64,000 nucleotides of DNA from Patescibacteria group bacterium (GTDB lineage Bacteria; Patescibacteriota; Microgenomatia; UBA1400; UBA1449), in contig JBMNOG010000002.1 of NCBI GenBank assembly GCA_050942955.1, forward strand, positions 32,762-96,761, in the 5' to 3' direction. The notes below the pieces were generated by a model. It made no database searches. It was not told the DNA's origin and saw only the letters and a program-made list of their open reading frames with translations. Below are positions 38,636 through 48,915 of this stretch, one piece after another. The stretch's first letter is position 1, and each line of letters opens with the position of its first letter. A program made the translations under genes and the position numbers.

Positions 38636-40600
38636 TTATCCGGCACCACCTCCACCACCCCCGCCTCCACCACCCCCGCCTCCGGAAGCACCACCAGAAC
38701 TGCCCACACCTGAAGCTCCAAAGCTTGAAGAAGAGGCGGAAGACAAACTGGATAGAGCATCAGAGATTGAAGAAAGACTGTTAATAGAAGTTACTCCTTC
38801 TCCAAATGTTCCGGAACGAAATACCCCTCCCCAATAAGTAGTTGCTACCTGCTCATCAGACTGTGGAAACTTAACCGGAAACTCTGAAAGAGCTTTAGCT
38901 GAAACACCTAAGGCTGTACCATAGACCAAGTACTTCTCCCAAAGAACAATAGAGTCAATCGGATACTTCTTTGTCTTGCGGTACTCTTCCATATGTTTTT
39001 TGAAAGCCAACCATCGTGCGGCTTCAAGAGCTCCTTTATCAGTCCGTTTTTCTTTGTTGTGATACATGATAGCTGAAATAATTATTCCAAGAAGAGCTGT
39101 AAAAAATCCTACAGCTGATACTAATGCTAACACTGGAGTAGGGGAGGCAGCTAAAAACGCAAATCCAGCAATAGAGCCAAAAAGGGTGATTATTGAAACA
39201 CAAATCCCCCAACCCCACTTAAAGCCATGTGCTATTTGGTCAAAATAATTCTCTTTAAGGTTTTCTTCAAGGACAACATCAGGAAAATCTTTGAAAAATG
39301 TATAGCTTGCTTGTCGGTGATGTTTTACATAGTCAACAATATTATCTAACCCAATAACCGAAATTTTCCCTCCGCCAAAGTCAATCTCACGAGTGCTAAC
39401 CTTATTAAGAAAACTGTAAACATAATCTTGAATTGATGAGAGAGGTTTTTTATTCTCATGAATAGGCACTAAGTAGTAACGGTAGTTTTTAAAAATTAGC
39501 CCCTCTTTCTTTTGTGAGCGCTCAAACTTAAGCACTCTATCCTGTACTAAAGACAAAATTGTAGCCGTAAATGCTTTTGGAGTAAGAGATTTGGTTCCGG
39601 AAAGAAGTTGCTCAATCTGGGCCGGATCAATATCGCTAGGTGGTTCCCAGAGCCTGCCGGACAAGTTAACCTCGGGCAAAGATTTGTCTTTACTATATTT
39701 ATTAAATAACTTAATTTCCTTAACTAGTAGATAAGTCTGCAGAAGAATAAGCATTACCAGTCCTCCTGCTACCAAATAGCCGGTTTGCTTCTGCCTTTGC
39801 TGCTCTCTTACTGTTTTTTCAATAAACTCCTGCTCCTGAGCAATGATAGCTTCTCTGGAGCTAAATCCATTTGCACCACCCGTAAACCAATTTTTAGGCA
39901 TAATAATTCTGGCCTCAAAGAACTTACCTACCGGAAGTCTGCTTACCCCATACTCTACAGTAGTAGGTGAGGGAATACGTACAGTTCCAGATAAAGGCCC
40001 ATGCGCCCATACCATTACTTCATCACTCTGTATAGCCTCAGGCAAGGTCACATAGGCGTCAATATTTCTTTGCTCAATTTCCCATTCATCGCCAACTAGC
40101 TGCCAGTAAAGTTCAGCCACATCTTCATGGAAGGTAACAGCATTATCAACATGGTACCTAAGCTGGAAACTTTTTGTAGTGTTAGAGGCCCGGTAAAACC
40201 ATTTAATATAATATGAGTCTGTATTTTCCTGAATGTAATAGGTTTCCGGAGGACGGTTATTTTCAGCTTGGGTGATTTCCTCCTGCGTAGTCAAAAATCT
40301 GTAGCATTCGTCTACTTCACACACTCTAAGGTTACTCAAAACATACGGCTCAGTCCTGCCCGGATTTCTTGAGGCATCAGGAACCCGTTTGATTTCCTGA
40401 TAAGCAAAAGTAAAACTGCCTTCAAAGTCGTATACCCGCTCTTCCATAACATCCATTGAGCCGTCCTGGTTAAGAACTGCATGGATAGAAACGTCGTCAA
40501 TAGAGTAAGAGTTAGCAACTACTAAAGAAGGGAATCTAAAAGTTAGGGCAATTACTACAGCACAGACTGCTACCGTTTTCAGAAACCTACTGAGCTTCAT
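38636..40600 (-). CDS. DUF2207-family membrane protein with a poly-Gly/Ser C-terminal tail
   Basis: Signal peptide, ~270-aa extracytoplasmic beta-rich domain, central TM helices, and tail ...[31 protein letters not shown]. Confidence 0.65.
   Translation of the reverse strand: MKLSRFLKTVAVCAVVIALTFRFPSLVVANSYSIDDVSIHAVLNQDGSMDVMEERVYDFEGSFTFAYQEIKRVPDASRNPGRTEPYVLSNLRVCEVDECYRFLTTQEEITQAENNRPPETYYIQENTDSYYIKWFYRASNTTKSFQLRYHVDNAVTFHEDVAELYWQLVGDEWEIEQRNIDAYVTLPEAIQSDEVMVWAHGPLSGTVRIPSPTTVEYGVSRLPVGKFFEARIIMPKNWFTGGANGFSSREAIIAQEQEFIEKTVREQQRQKQTGYLVAGGLVMLILLQTYLLVKEIKLFNKYSKDKSLPEVNLSGRLWEPPSDIDPAQIEQLLSGTKSLTPKAFTATILSLVQDRVLKFERSQKKEGLIFKNYRYYLVPIHENKKPLSSIQDYVYSFLNKVSTREIDFGGGKISVIGLDNIVDYVKHHRQASYTFFKDFPDVVLEENLKENYFDQIAHGFKWGWGICVSIITLFGSIAGFAFLAASPTPVLALVSAVGFFTALLGIIISAIMYHNKEKRTDKGALEAARWLAFKKHMEEYRKTKKYPIDSIVLWEKYLVYGTALGVSAKALSEFPVKFPQSDEQVATTYWGGVFRSGTFGEGVTSINSLSSISDALSSLSSASSSSFGASGVGSSGGASGGGGGGGGGGGGGAG
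38640..38722. repeat. Low-complexity GGN/CCN trinucleotide-like tract encoding the poly-Gly tail
   Basis: ccaccacctccaccacccccgcctccaccacccccgcctcc... Confidence 0.6.
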
Positions 40601-40745
40601 ATTATCTCATTATAATCATTTCACAACTAAAATGAAGCCAGGCTTCTTTTAGCAAAAACATTTTCGAAAGAAAGCAAAAAGAATTCCAAAAATTCAAAAT
40701 ACTTTTATCCTCCTAAAAAGATATAAATATTTCTTCATTTTCTTG

Positions 40746-41888
40746 CTATGCTTTTTGTTGAGACAAGGGGAGTGCAAAGTAGAATGTGGAACCCTTGCCT
40801 TCCTTACTTTCCAGCCAGGTCTTTCCATTATGCATCTTAATAATTTCGTGGCAGATATACAATCCCAATCCCATTCCCTCAGCCTTTCTTTCTCCATTCT
40901 CTGTACGGTAATACTTCTTAAAAATATGCTTCTGCTTGTCCTTAGGAATTCCAATTCCAAAATCCTGTACACCCACAACTACATACCTATTTTCTTTGGT
41001 TACTTTCAGAATCACTTTCTTTCCTTTAGAAGAGTACTTTACCGCGTTAGCAAGGAAATTTACGATTACTTGCCGTATCCGTTCTTTGTTGCCAAACAGA
41101 TTAATCCCGGCTTTGCCCCTTAAGACAATCTCCGTTCTTTCTACAGTTAACTGAAAATCTTTCACTGTTTGCGCTATTACTTCGTCAAGACTAAATTCAG
41201 CTAAATCGAAAGCTAGCTTTCCTGCTTCAATTTTACTTACATCCAGAAGTTCATTGATAAGATTAGTAATTATATTTACTTGAGTATTAATTTTATTTGC
41301 CATCTCTGCGTTTTCAAAATCACCGGCTTTCTGTAGGTTTCTTGTTAGCAACTGAGCATACGCTTTTGTACTGGTGACAGGATTCTTCAACTCATGGCTT
41401 GCCATACCAATAAACTCATCTTTTCTTTTATTAAGTTTCTCGACCTCAAGAAAAAGCAAGTTATATGGTTGTGTCAGACCTATCTGAATAATTGCTTTGT
41501 ACAGCAAATAGTAGGACATAAGTTTCAGAATATGACCTGTCATATTAAAAATATCATAGACATCAACATAAAAAGTAAAGGCTAGTTCGGAAAAAATACT
41601 TAGAAACAAAAATGATGTAAGCAGACTGTACACCTTTTTATCAAAGCAATCCTTAAATTTTTCCAAGATAATAATGGCAGCTAAAAATATTCCTGAAATT
41701 ATGTATTCACTAATTATTTTAAAGGCGGTCAACCCTGAACCTTCTACATACGCTACTGGAAAAACCTGCAAGTGGAAAATTGAAAGTACCAGTATGGTCA
41801 CTATAGAGCCATATATCAATAAAATATAAGCAAAATTAATCTTTTTATTTATAAAAAGAGGGGATATTAGAAAGGAAACAGCTAACAA
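40746..41888 (-). CDS. Membrane sensor histidine kinase: C-terminal part (TM region, HisKA and HATPase_c). It begins at TTG directly after the stop of the upstream ORF.
   Basis: FIGMASHELKNPVTSTKAYAQLL (H-box), NAVKYS, DFGIGIPKDKQKHIFKKYYR, GLGLYICHEIIKMHNGKTW; five or six N-terminal TM helices. Confidence 0.75.
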   Translation of the reverse strand: MLAVSFLISPLFINKKINFAYILLIYGSIVTILVLSIFHLQVFPVAYVEGSGLTAFKIISEYIISGIFLAAIIILEKFKDCFDKKVYSLLTSFLFLSIFSELAFTFYVDVYDIFNMTGHILKLMSYYLLYKAIIQIGLTQPYNLLFLEVEKLNKRKDEFIGMASHELKNPVTSTKAYAQLLTRNLQKAGDFENAEMANKINTQVNIITNLINELLDVSKIEAGKLAFDLAEFSLDEVIAQTVKDFQLTVERTEIVLRGKAGINLFGNKERIRQVIVNFLANAVKYSSKGKKVILKVTKENRYVVVGVQDFGIGIPKDKQKHIFKKYYRTENGERKAEGMGLGLYICHEIIKMHNGKTWLESKEGKGSTFYFALPLSQQKA

Positions 41889-42226
41889 GTATCTATCGGC
41901 AATCCATAGTTGTGTGGGTAAATTTGCATCAAATCCGGAAAAATATTCATCCCTTTATAAGAAAGGATGTGAAGAAAATCAATAATACCGACAAAAAGAA
42001 GAGAAGTGCTTATAAATAGAAAATAACTGTTCTTTGTTATTTTCCTTGCATTCCAGGCAAACAGAAAGACACTCAGAGCAACCAGGCTGCTTAAAAATTC
42101 GGACAGTGAATGAAAAAGGAGATAACTATAGGTTCGTGTCAGATATAGAGAAGCAGTAAAAGCAAAAATTATGAGGATTGTATATAAATACGATTTTCTT
42201 TTGGAACTTATTTTTATATTCTGCAT
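41882..42226 (-). pseudogene. N-terminal membrane (MASE-like) segment of the same sensor kinase, split from it by a frameshift
   Basis: The ORF ends (TAG at 41884..41882) 7 nt inside the next ORF, in a different frame. FHSLSEFLSSLVALSVFLFAWN...GIIDFLHILSYKGM resembles MASE3-type sensor helices. Confidence 0.5.
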
Positions 42227-42366
42227 TAGATGGAATTATAGCAGAATTGTTTAAATAGACATCCTTTTTACAACATCTCTAGATAGTCAAGCGCAATTTT
42301 TTATTTACGGATTTTGCACTTAAAACGCTAGAATGTTAGCACTTTTAGGATTTCACAGAAAGCAAA

Positions 42367-43131
42367 TTAGACTTCAATCTTTGAAAATAAATATGTGCCC
42401 ACTAAAAGGAGAAAGCTGGTTAAAACCATCAAAACCCCAATGTCCGTTACAAGCGGAAACTGGTTTTGACCAATAAGGGCAGCCCGAAGCCCATCTACAC
42501 CATACGTTAACGGATCAATCCTGACTAAAATGGCCATAAAAGCCGGGAGTCCGGTTAAGGGAAAAATAGCTCCAGATAGAAAGAATAAGGGCATTACCAG
42601 AAAGTTCATAATGAGCTGAAATCCCTGCATATCTTCAAGTTGAGAAGCTATTGCTGTTCCAAGCGAAGTAAAGGCTAGAGCTGTTAAAAACATTACCAGA
42701 AGTGCCAACATAACTCCCGAAAAACTTAAAGGCCGAAACCCAATAACGGTAGCCAGTACTAACACAATAATACCCTGCAATGTTGCAATAGATGCCCCGC
42801 CCAAAGACCTCCCAATCATAATCTGGTAGCGTGGCACAGGTGAAACCAAGGTCTCTTTAAGAAATCCAAACTGCCTGTCCCAAATAATCTCAATACCTGA
42901 AAAAATTGCAGTAAAAATAATTGTCATAGCAATAATTCCCGGAGTCAGAAACTGAAGATAATCACCTCTGCCGGCATCTCTGAAAACCGGATTAAGCCCA
43001 AAACCCAAAGCTACTAAATAAAGGAGAGGTTGGCCGATAGATCCAATAATTCTGGCTCTTCTTCTGAAAAACCGTTTGAGTTGTCTTAACCATAAAATAT
43101 ACACTGCGCTCATTTTCTGCCTCCTCTCCAC
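42367..43131 (-). CDS. ABC-2 type transporter permease
   Basis: Six TM segments; ABC-2 signature topology; overlaps the ATPase gene by 22 nt. Confidence 0.8.
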   Translation of the reverse strand: MERRQKMSAVYILWLRQLKRFFRRRARIIGSIGQPLLYLVALGFGLNPVFRDAGRGDYLQFLTPGIIAMTIIFTAIFSGIEIIWDRQFGFLKETLVSPVPRYQIMIGRSLGGASIATLQGIIVLVLATVIGFRPLSFSGVMLALLVMFLTALAFTSLGTAIASQLEDMQGFQLIMNFLVMPLFFLSGAIFPLTGLPAFMAILVRIDPLTYGVDGLRAALIGQNQFPLVTDIGVLMVLTSFLLLVGTYLFSKIEV

Positions 43132-43916
43132 AGCCGTCTTCTTAACCTCAGTTTATCAACTCCGGTTACCTTTTCTTCCCTAATTTCCCTTCCTGTTAGT
43201 TCAATAAATGCTTCTTCTAGAGTTTTTTTCTTGGTTTTTTTCTTAAGCTCCTGAGATGATCCTTGAGCAATAATTTTACCTCTGTCGATGATGGCAATGG
43301 TCTGAGCAAATCTTTCAGCTTCATCCATGTAGTGAGTAGTAAAGAAGATTGTGATCTTTTCTTCTTTATTAAGTTTCTGCAGATACTCCCAAATACGATT
43401 ACGTGTTTGTGGATCCAACCCTAGTGTCGGTTCATCTAAGAAAAATATCTGCGGATGGTGAAGAAGTCCTCTCGCAATTTCCAGTCTTCGCTTCATTCCT
43501 CCTGAAAACGTATCTACTAAGTTATCCCTCCTATCCCAAAGTTCAACAAATTTAAGCAGTTCTTCCATACGCTGCCTTCTAAGTTTTTTGGGAACTTTAT
43601 ACAAAACTCCATGAAACTCCAGGTTTTCCCACGCTGTTAACTCATCATCAAGACTTGGGTCTTGAAAAACAATACCAAACGTCTCTCTGACTTTTTGCGG
43701 ATCTTTAATAACAGAAATACGGTTAAGTTCAATCTCTCCGTCAGTAGGACGCAAAAGAGTAGTCAGCATTTTAATTGTCGTAGTTTTCCCAGCCCCATTA
43801 GGCCCCAGGAAAGCAAACATCTCACCTTTCTTAACACCAAAGCTGATGCCATTAACTGCTACAAATTCATTGTACTTTTTAGTTACGTTGTTTACAGAAA
43901 TCATGGTCATAAACAC
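43110..43916 (-). CDS. ABC transporter ATP-binding protein (partner of the ABC-2 permease)
   Basis: Walker A GPNGAGKTT, signature FSGGMKRRLEIA, Walker B IFFLDEPTLGLD. Confidence 0.9.
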   Translation of the reverse strand: MFMTMISVNNVTKKYNEFVAVNGISFGVKKGEMFAFLGPNGAGKTTTIKMLTTLLRPTDGEIELNRISVIKDPQKVRETFGIVFQDPSLDDELTAWENLEFHGVLYKVPKKLRRQRMEELLKFVELWDRRDNLVDTFSGGMKRRLEIARGLLHHPQIFFLDEPTLGLDPQTRNRIWEYLQKLNKEEKITIFFTTHYMDEAERFAQTIAIIDRGKIIAQGSSQELKKKTKKKTLEEAFIELTGREIREEKVTGVDKLRLRRRLWRGGRK

Positions 43917-44326
43917 TTATTCCTCTACTTCTAACGTTAAGACTTTAATAGTTTACTGTTGCCCGATATCACAAGCAAGAGTTAAAGCTTGTGTTCCATT
44001 TAGCACTAAACCTCTTACTTGCAAACACTTGGGACATTTTTATTAGATAAGCAGTATTACAGTAATCAGTAACACTGATGGAATAGAGTAACGAGATCCA
44101 GTCTAAGAATGGACTATAAGTTTATATAGATATTTCAGCTTTAATCATAAAAATAAGCAGAAATAATACTATCAGCTCAACATAAAAAAACAGTGAAGAG
44201 TTGCAGTTACTTATTCCTAGACATCTTTTCAAGCAAAGTGTAATAATCACTATGTACCAATAAACTCAACACAGTTATTTATGGAGTTGAAGAACTAAGT
44301 CAACAAAAATTCTTAAGTTTAATTTA

Positions 44327-44881
44327 TTAAAGCAGTAAGTGGTCAATAAGAATTTTTATCCCAATACCAAGAAGAGTTAGACCACCAATTACTTCTGCTT
44401 TCCTTCCTAGCTTGTTTTTAAAGACTGTTCCCACATAAACTCCAAGCAGTGAAAATAGCAATGCTATAATTCCAATCACTCCAACTGTTTGAAATAAGTG
44501 TGTTCCTAAAAATGCCAATCCCACACCTACTGCAAGAGCATCAATACTGGTCGCGATAGCCAGATAGAGAATTTGCCGTAACCCAATCAACTCAACCATC
44601 TTTTCTCTTCCTTCAGTCACCTCACTCTCAACAATAGATTTCAAGCCAATAACAGCAAGAAGAATAAATGCAATCCAATGGTCTATATTAATAACAAAGT
44701 ACTTAAACATATCCCCAAGAAGCCAGCCAAAAAGAGGAGCAAACGTATGAAAACTGCCAAAAATAAGGCTGCTGGTTAATGCTTTTCTGGCAATGTGTTT
44801 TTTATATGTTTCGCCAAGAGCAACTGAAACGGCAAACGCATCCATAGATAAACCAACAGCGGTTGCAAAAAGATAAAGCAT
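44327..44881 (-). CDS. mntP: Manganese efflux pump MntP (two DUF204 repeats)
   Basis: GLSMDAFAVSVA and a second SIDALAVGVGLA repeat; six TM segments; start at MLYLF. Confidence 0.75.
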   Translation of the reverse strand: MLYLFATAVGLSMDAFAVSVALGETYKKHIARKALTSSLIFGSFHTFAPLFGWLLGDMFKYFVINIDHWIAFILLAVIGLKSIVESEVTEGREKMVELIGLRQILYLAIATSIDALAVGVGLAFLGTHLFQTVGVIGIIALLFSLLGVYVGTVFKNKLGRKAEVIGGLTLLGIGIKILIDHLLL

Positions 44882-44973
44882 ATTATTATTGTAGGGAAGT
44901 GACTGACTGTTTCCCAATTTAATCTTCTATGTTATCCCATTAAAAATAGACTTAAAAATAATTTCCGATTATT

Positions 44974-46467
44974 TTACTTTTTTATTTCGTAGAAGAATAT
45001 ATTCAGCCCGCAGACTGGATATGTTTTTACTAAGGTAAGGTCAGGTGTAGCAGTAAATTCCCAACGATTAGCTTCGTAGATATCCTGCTCGCTAGCTGCC
45101 AGGACATACAAAGAATCCAATCCTTCATAGTGGAACTCATCTTGCGGTTTCACCAAAGTATCTTTCAACAAAAAGTAGCGCAGTGCCAAAGCTCTAGCTT
45201 CTCCGGTAATATTCTGGGTAACGTTGTACTTCCCTTGGGGCTTTTGATCAATAATTATCTTTGCAGCTTCTCTCAGGCAGGGGAAGGAAACAAAAGTGCT
45301 GCTGGTTTGCGGAACAGCAGTTACTATCGATAAAGATGAAAACAATACAGGAACAAAAACTGCCGCCCTTAGCCAGTAGGGCTTGATCATAAAAGCTGCT
45401 TCAGAGATAAACCAGATAATTAGAGGGTAAACACTGAAAACATACCGCATGTAAAAACCAATGCCTGAACCTGATAAAAGTATAAGAAATGGAGTAAGGG
45501 AAAGTATGATTAGCATTTTCCGTTTTTTATTATTCTGCACTAAATGCCAACCCACATACCCAATAGCCAGGCAAATTGGTATAGCAATAGCTCTAGAAGA
45601 AAGATTGAGAAGTCGCGTAAACTCCAACTCTCCATTTTCTAAACCTAAAGGTATAGCCACAAAAGCGTTTACAGCTTTAAAAAAAATAAAAAATGTCCTT
45701 CGGCTAGTTTCAAGATTGTCACTCTGCGTAACGTTATGTATTAAAGCGTTTGTTAAATAAAATTCATTTTTTGCCTCAAAGTAAATTAGGGGCAGAAGGC
45801 CAATCAATAATCCAAGTAAACCAACCGCAAACTTTTTCCAGTTTCTTGTTGCTAGTAAAACTAATAGGAGAAACAAAAAGGGGACTATAGCTACATAGTG
45901 TAAATAAAACATCATAGTGGCAACTAAGCCCGCACCAAATACCATTAGTAAATTGTATGTTTTGTTATCCTCCTTCGATCTTACCCAAAGGTACCAAAAC
46001 AGCACTGCAAGTGGGATTATTAAATTTGGATTCCAGAAAAAGCGAGCATGGAGCACTGTTAAAGGCGATACTGCATACAGCAGTGTTGCAAAAAGAGCTT
46101 GCTTTTTTTGCTGAGTAAGTCTCATGATTAAATCATAAAATAGTGGAATTGATAGAGTAAACAACAGTGTGTTTGGTAGAACAGCTCCTAAAGGGTCAAA
46201 TTTTGTGATGAGTAAACCCAGTATTCCAATGTAAAGGGAAAGTGAGCTGAAGTATAATTCTCTGGTTGTGTACTGACCAAAAGACAAAGGTGGACCTACA
46301 AACGTAACTTCCTTTTTTTGCCATAGTTCTAAAGCTCTCAACATATCCCGGGAGGAGTCGTGCGAAAACATAAAGTTCTTATCCAGGTGATGCGTATATA
46401 AAAACAGCCCAACAATCATGATTACAACGACTACCCACACTTGTCGCAATTTATGAAACCATTTCAT
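44974..46467 (-). CDS. GT-C fold membrane glycosyltransferase (ArnT/PMT, GT39/GT83-like)
   Basis: ~12 TM segments; N-terminal loop FSHDSSRD (DxD/DE-like); C-terminal ~150-aa soluble domain. Confidence 0.6.
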   Translation of the reverse strand: MKWFHKLRQVWVVVVIMIVGLFLYTHHLDKNFMFSHDSSRDMLRALELWQKKEVTFVGPPLSFGQYTTRELYFSSLSLYIGILGLLITKFDPLGAVLPNTLLFTLSIPLFYDLIMRLTQQKKQALFATLLYAVSPLTVLHARFFWNPNLIIPLAVLFWYLWVRSKEDNKTYNLLMVFGAGLVATMMFYLHYVAIVPFLFLLLVLLATRNWKKFAVGLLGLLIGLLPLIYFEAKNEFYLTNALIHNVTQSDNLETSRRTFFIFFKAVNAFVAIPLGLENGELEFTRLLNLSSRAIAIPICLAIGYVGWHLVQNNKKRKMLIILSLTPFLILLSGSGIGFYMRYVFSVYPLIIWFISEAAFMIKPYWLRAAVFVPVLFSSLSIVTAVPQTSSTFVSFPCLREAAKIIIDQKPQGKYNVTQNITGEARALALRYFLLKDTLVKPQDEFHYEGLDSLYVLAASEQDIYEANRWEFTATPDLTLVKTYPVCGLNIFFYEIKK

Positions 46468-46602
46468 AGTTTGATTGTAATTAACTTGACTAGTATTTCC
46501 TAGAATGTCTTTAGTCGTAAGGCCGCAAGAAAGCATATGTTAGAATGTGGCCATGACTACTACTGCAAACAGCCTCATAAAAAACCCAAAAAGGTAGCTG
46601 AC

Positions 46603-46881
46603 ATGGTCACCTATCATGAAGATGCCGTGGTAAGTAGGGAAATCATAAAAACCCAAAATACCACAGTAATCCTGTTCGCCTTTGACAAATCCCAAGGACT
46701 AACCGAGCACACTACACCTTATGACGCTTTAGTTCAATTAATTGAAGGCAATGCAGAAATCATTATTGATAGGAAAATATACAATGTAAAAGAGGGTGAG
46801 ATGATTATTATGCCTGCTAACCATCCCCACACAGTCAACGCCAAAGAAAAATTCAAGATGCTTCTTATAATGGCAAAGTAG
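46603..46881 (+). CDS. Cupin-domain small protein
   Basis: Cupin motifs (LTEHTTPYDALVQLIEG, MIIMPANHPH); divergent from the glycosyltransferase gene. Confidence 0.6.
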   Translation: MVTYHEDAVVSREIIKTQNTTVILFAFDKSQGLTEHTTPYDALVQLIEGNAEIIIDRKIYNVKEGEMIIMPANHPHTVNAKEKFKMLLIMAK

Positions 46882-47002
46882 TGTCAAGTTCCTAAACGAC
46901 TACGATCAAGTAAACTGTTTCTACGTTTGTATTCTCAACTCTTTATGCTTTAGGCAAACGAGAGTATAATACATTTTTTGGCCTCAATAAGGGGCTATAT
47001 TT

Positions 47003-48823
47003 ATGGACAAAAATAATATACGCAACATCGCTATCATCGCCCACGTTGATCATGGGAAAACTACATTAGTTGATCACATGCTCAAGCAGGCACACACCTT
47101 CGCCGATTACCAGGTCGAGATGCAACAGGAAACTATCCTTGATTCGCAAGACCTGGAGCGGGAGAGGGGTGTAACAATTTTGGCTAAAAACACAGCCATA
47201 GAATGGAACGGCTATAAAATAAATATTCTCGATACTCCGGGACATGCCGATTTTTCCGGCGAAGTTGAGCGGGTACTAAACATGGCTGAAGGCTGCATTT
47301 TACTTGTTGATGCTGCTGAAGGAGTGCTATCTCAAACCAGATACGTTTTATCGTTAGCCCTTAACCTTCATCTAAAACCAATCGTCATTATTAACAAAAT
47401 TGACAGGAAAGACGAACGTTCACAGGAAGTATTGCAGGAAATAAACGACCTTTTCCTAGACCTTGCCAGTGATTCAGACCAGCTTGAGTTTCCGGTACTT
47501 TACGCTATTGGCCGCAGGGGAATTGTGGGTACAAAAACGCAGAAAAGCGCTGACAATTCTCTGACTGTCACTGACGCTACGGATTTATCTTTGCTGTTTG
47601 AGACTATCATCGATTCAATCCCTGCTCCTACAGGTGAGGTAGACAAACCCTTCCAAATGCAGGTGACCACCCTTGATTATGACAGCCACAAAGGCCGCTA
47701 CGTTATCGGTAAAATTACTCAGGGGAAAGTGTCTAAAAATGAGCCACTTCTGATTATGAGAGAGAATACTAAAATCGGACAGTCCCGAGTAGAGTACCTG
47801 TATACGTTTAAAGGCCTTAAAAAACAAGAAATTTCTGAAGCCTCAGTGGGTGACATTATCGCTATTACGGGGTTTGGTGAAGCAAAAATTGGTGATACAA
47901 TTACCAGCCTTAATAATCCTCACGGGCTTCCAAACTTAGCAATTTCTGAACCCACTCTTAAGGTCCAGTTTTCTGTTTCCACTTCACCTTTTGTTGGCAG
48001 AGACGGAGAGTTTACCACCTCCCGTCAAATCGGTAACCGCTTAAAGAAAGAGGTCGAAACTAATGTGAGTTTGCGGATTGAACCCGACTCAACGGGTGAT
48101 AGTTTTATTGTTTGCGGCAGAGGGGAACTTCACCTGTCAATTCTGATTGAGACAATGCGGCGCGAAGGGTTTGAGTTGTCTGTTGCCAGACCGGAGGTTA
48201 TTTCCAAAGAAATTGACGGAGTGACTCATGAACCATACGAAAGATTATTTATTGAAGTGCCGGAAAACTACTCAGGAACTGTGATAAATGCTCTCGGTCC
48301 CAGAAAAGCAGAGTTAGTTAATATGACTAACCTTAAATCAGGAGTCCAGTTTGAGTACAAAATTGCTACCCGAAATCTAATTGGCTTTAGAAGCGAACTC
48401 CTTACTGCTACTTCCGGTCTTTGCGTCATTCACTCAGAGTTCATGGGATATGAACCTAAAGGAGAAGATATTCCTTTCATGCGCAACGGTGCTATCGTTT
48501 CCTCTGAGACCGGACAAGCTTTGGCATACAGTATTGAAAATTTGCAAAATAGAGGCATTTCATTTGTAAATCCGGGTGAAGAAGTTTATAGGGGAATGAT
48601 CGTGGGCTTAAGCAGCCGGAAAGAAGATATGTACATGAATGTTTGCAAAGGAAAGAAACTGACCAACATGCGTGCTGCAGCGGCTGATGCAACTATCAAA
48701 CTCACCCCAGCTACAAAGATGTCTCTTGAACAGTGTATTACCTTTATCGGCCCTGATGAGCTTCTGGAGGTAACTCCAAAACACTTACGCTTAAGAAAAA
48801 AGGTCTTAGTAGTAAAACGGTAA
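47003..48823 (+). CDS. typA: Translational GTPase TypA/BipA
   Basis: IRNIAIIAHVDHGKTTL, DTPGHADF, NKIDR; 606 aa, EF-G-like domain order. Confidence 0.92.
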   Translation: MDKNNIRNIAIIAHVDHGKTTLVDHMLKQAHTFADYQVEMQQETILDSQDLERERGVTILAKNTAIEWNGYKINILDTPGHADFSGEVERVLNMAEGCILLVDAAEGVLSQTRYVLSLALNLHLKPIVIINKIDRKDERSQEVLQEINDLFLDLASDSDQLEFPVLYAIGRRGIVGTKTQKSADNSLTVTDATDLSLLFETIIDSIPAPTGEVDKPFQMQVTTLDYDSHKGRYVIGKITQGKVSKNEPLLIMRENTKIGQSRVEYLYTFKGLKKQEISEASVGDIIAITGFGEAKIGDTITSLNNPHGLPNLAISEPTLKVQFSVSTSPFVGRDGEFTTSRQIGNRLKKEVETNVSLRIEPDSTGDSFIVCGRGELHLSILIETMRREGFELSVARPEVISKEIDGVTHEPYERLFIEVPENYSGTVINALGPRKAELVNMTNLKSGVQFEYKIATRNLIGFRSELLTATSGLCVIHSEFMGYEPKGEDIPFMRNGAIVSSETGQALAYSIENLQNRGISFVNPGEEVYRGMIVGLSSRKEDMYMNVCKGKKLTNMRAAAADATIKLTPATKMSLEQCITFIGPDELLEVTPKHLRLRKKVLVVKR

Positions 48824-48915
48824 GCTGAAGTAGAGCACTCACAGAAACAATTAGATTTTCCTACACAAGTAGCTACATTGCAGTTTTTCTTTGTCCAATA
48901 CTATAATGTCTGAAT

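Noticed and set aside
38575-38760. N-terminal extension of the msrB ORF ([37 protein letters not shown]...)
   Set aside because: It is the alternate-frame reading of the (GGN)n tract that encodes the DUF2207 poly-Gly tail on the same strand. MsrB homologs start at MAKKDT.
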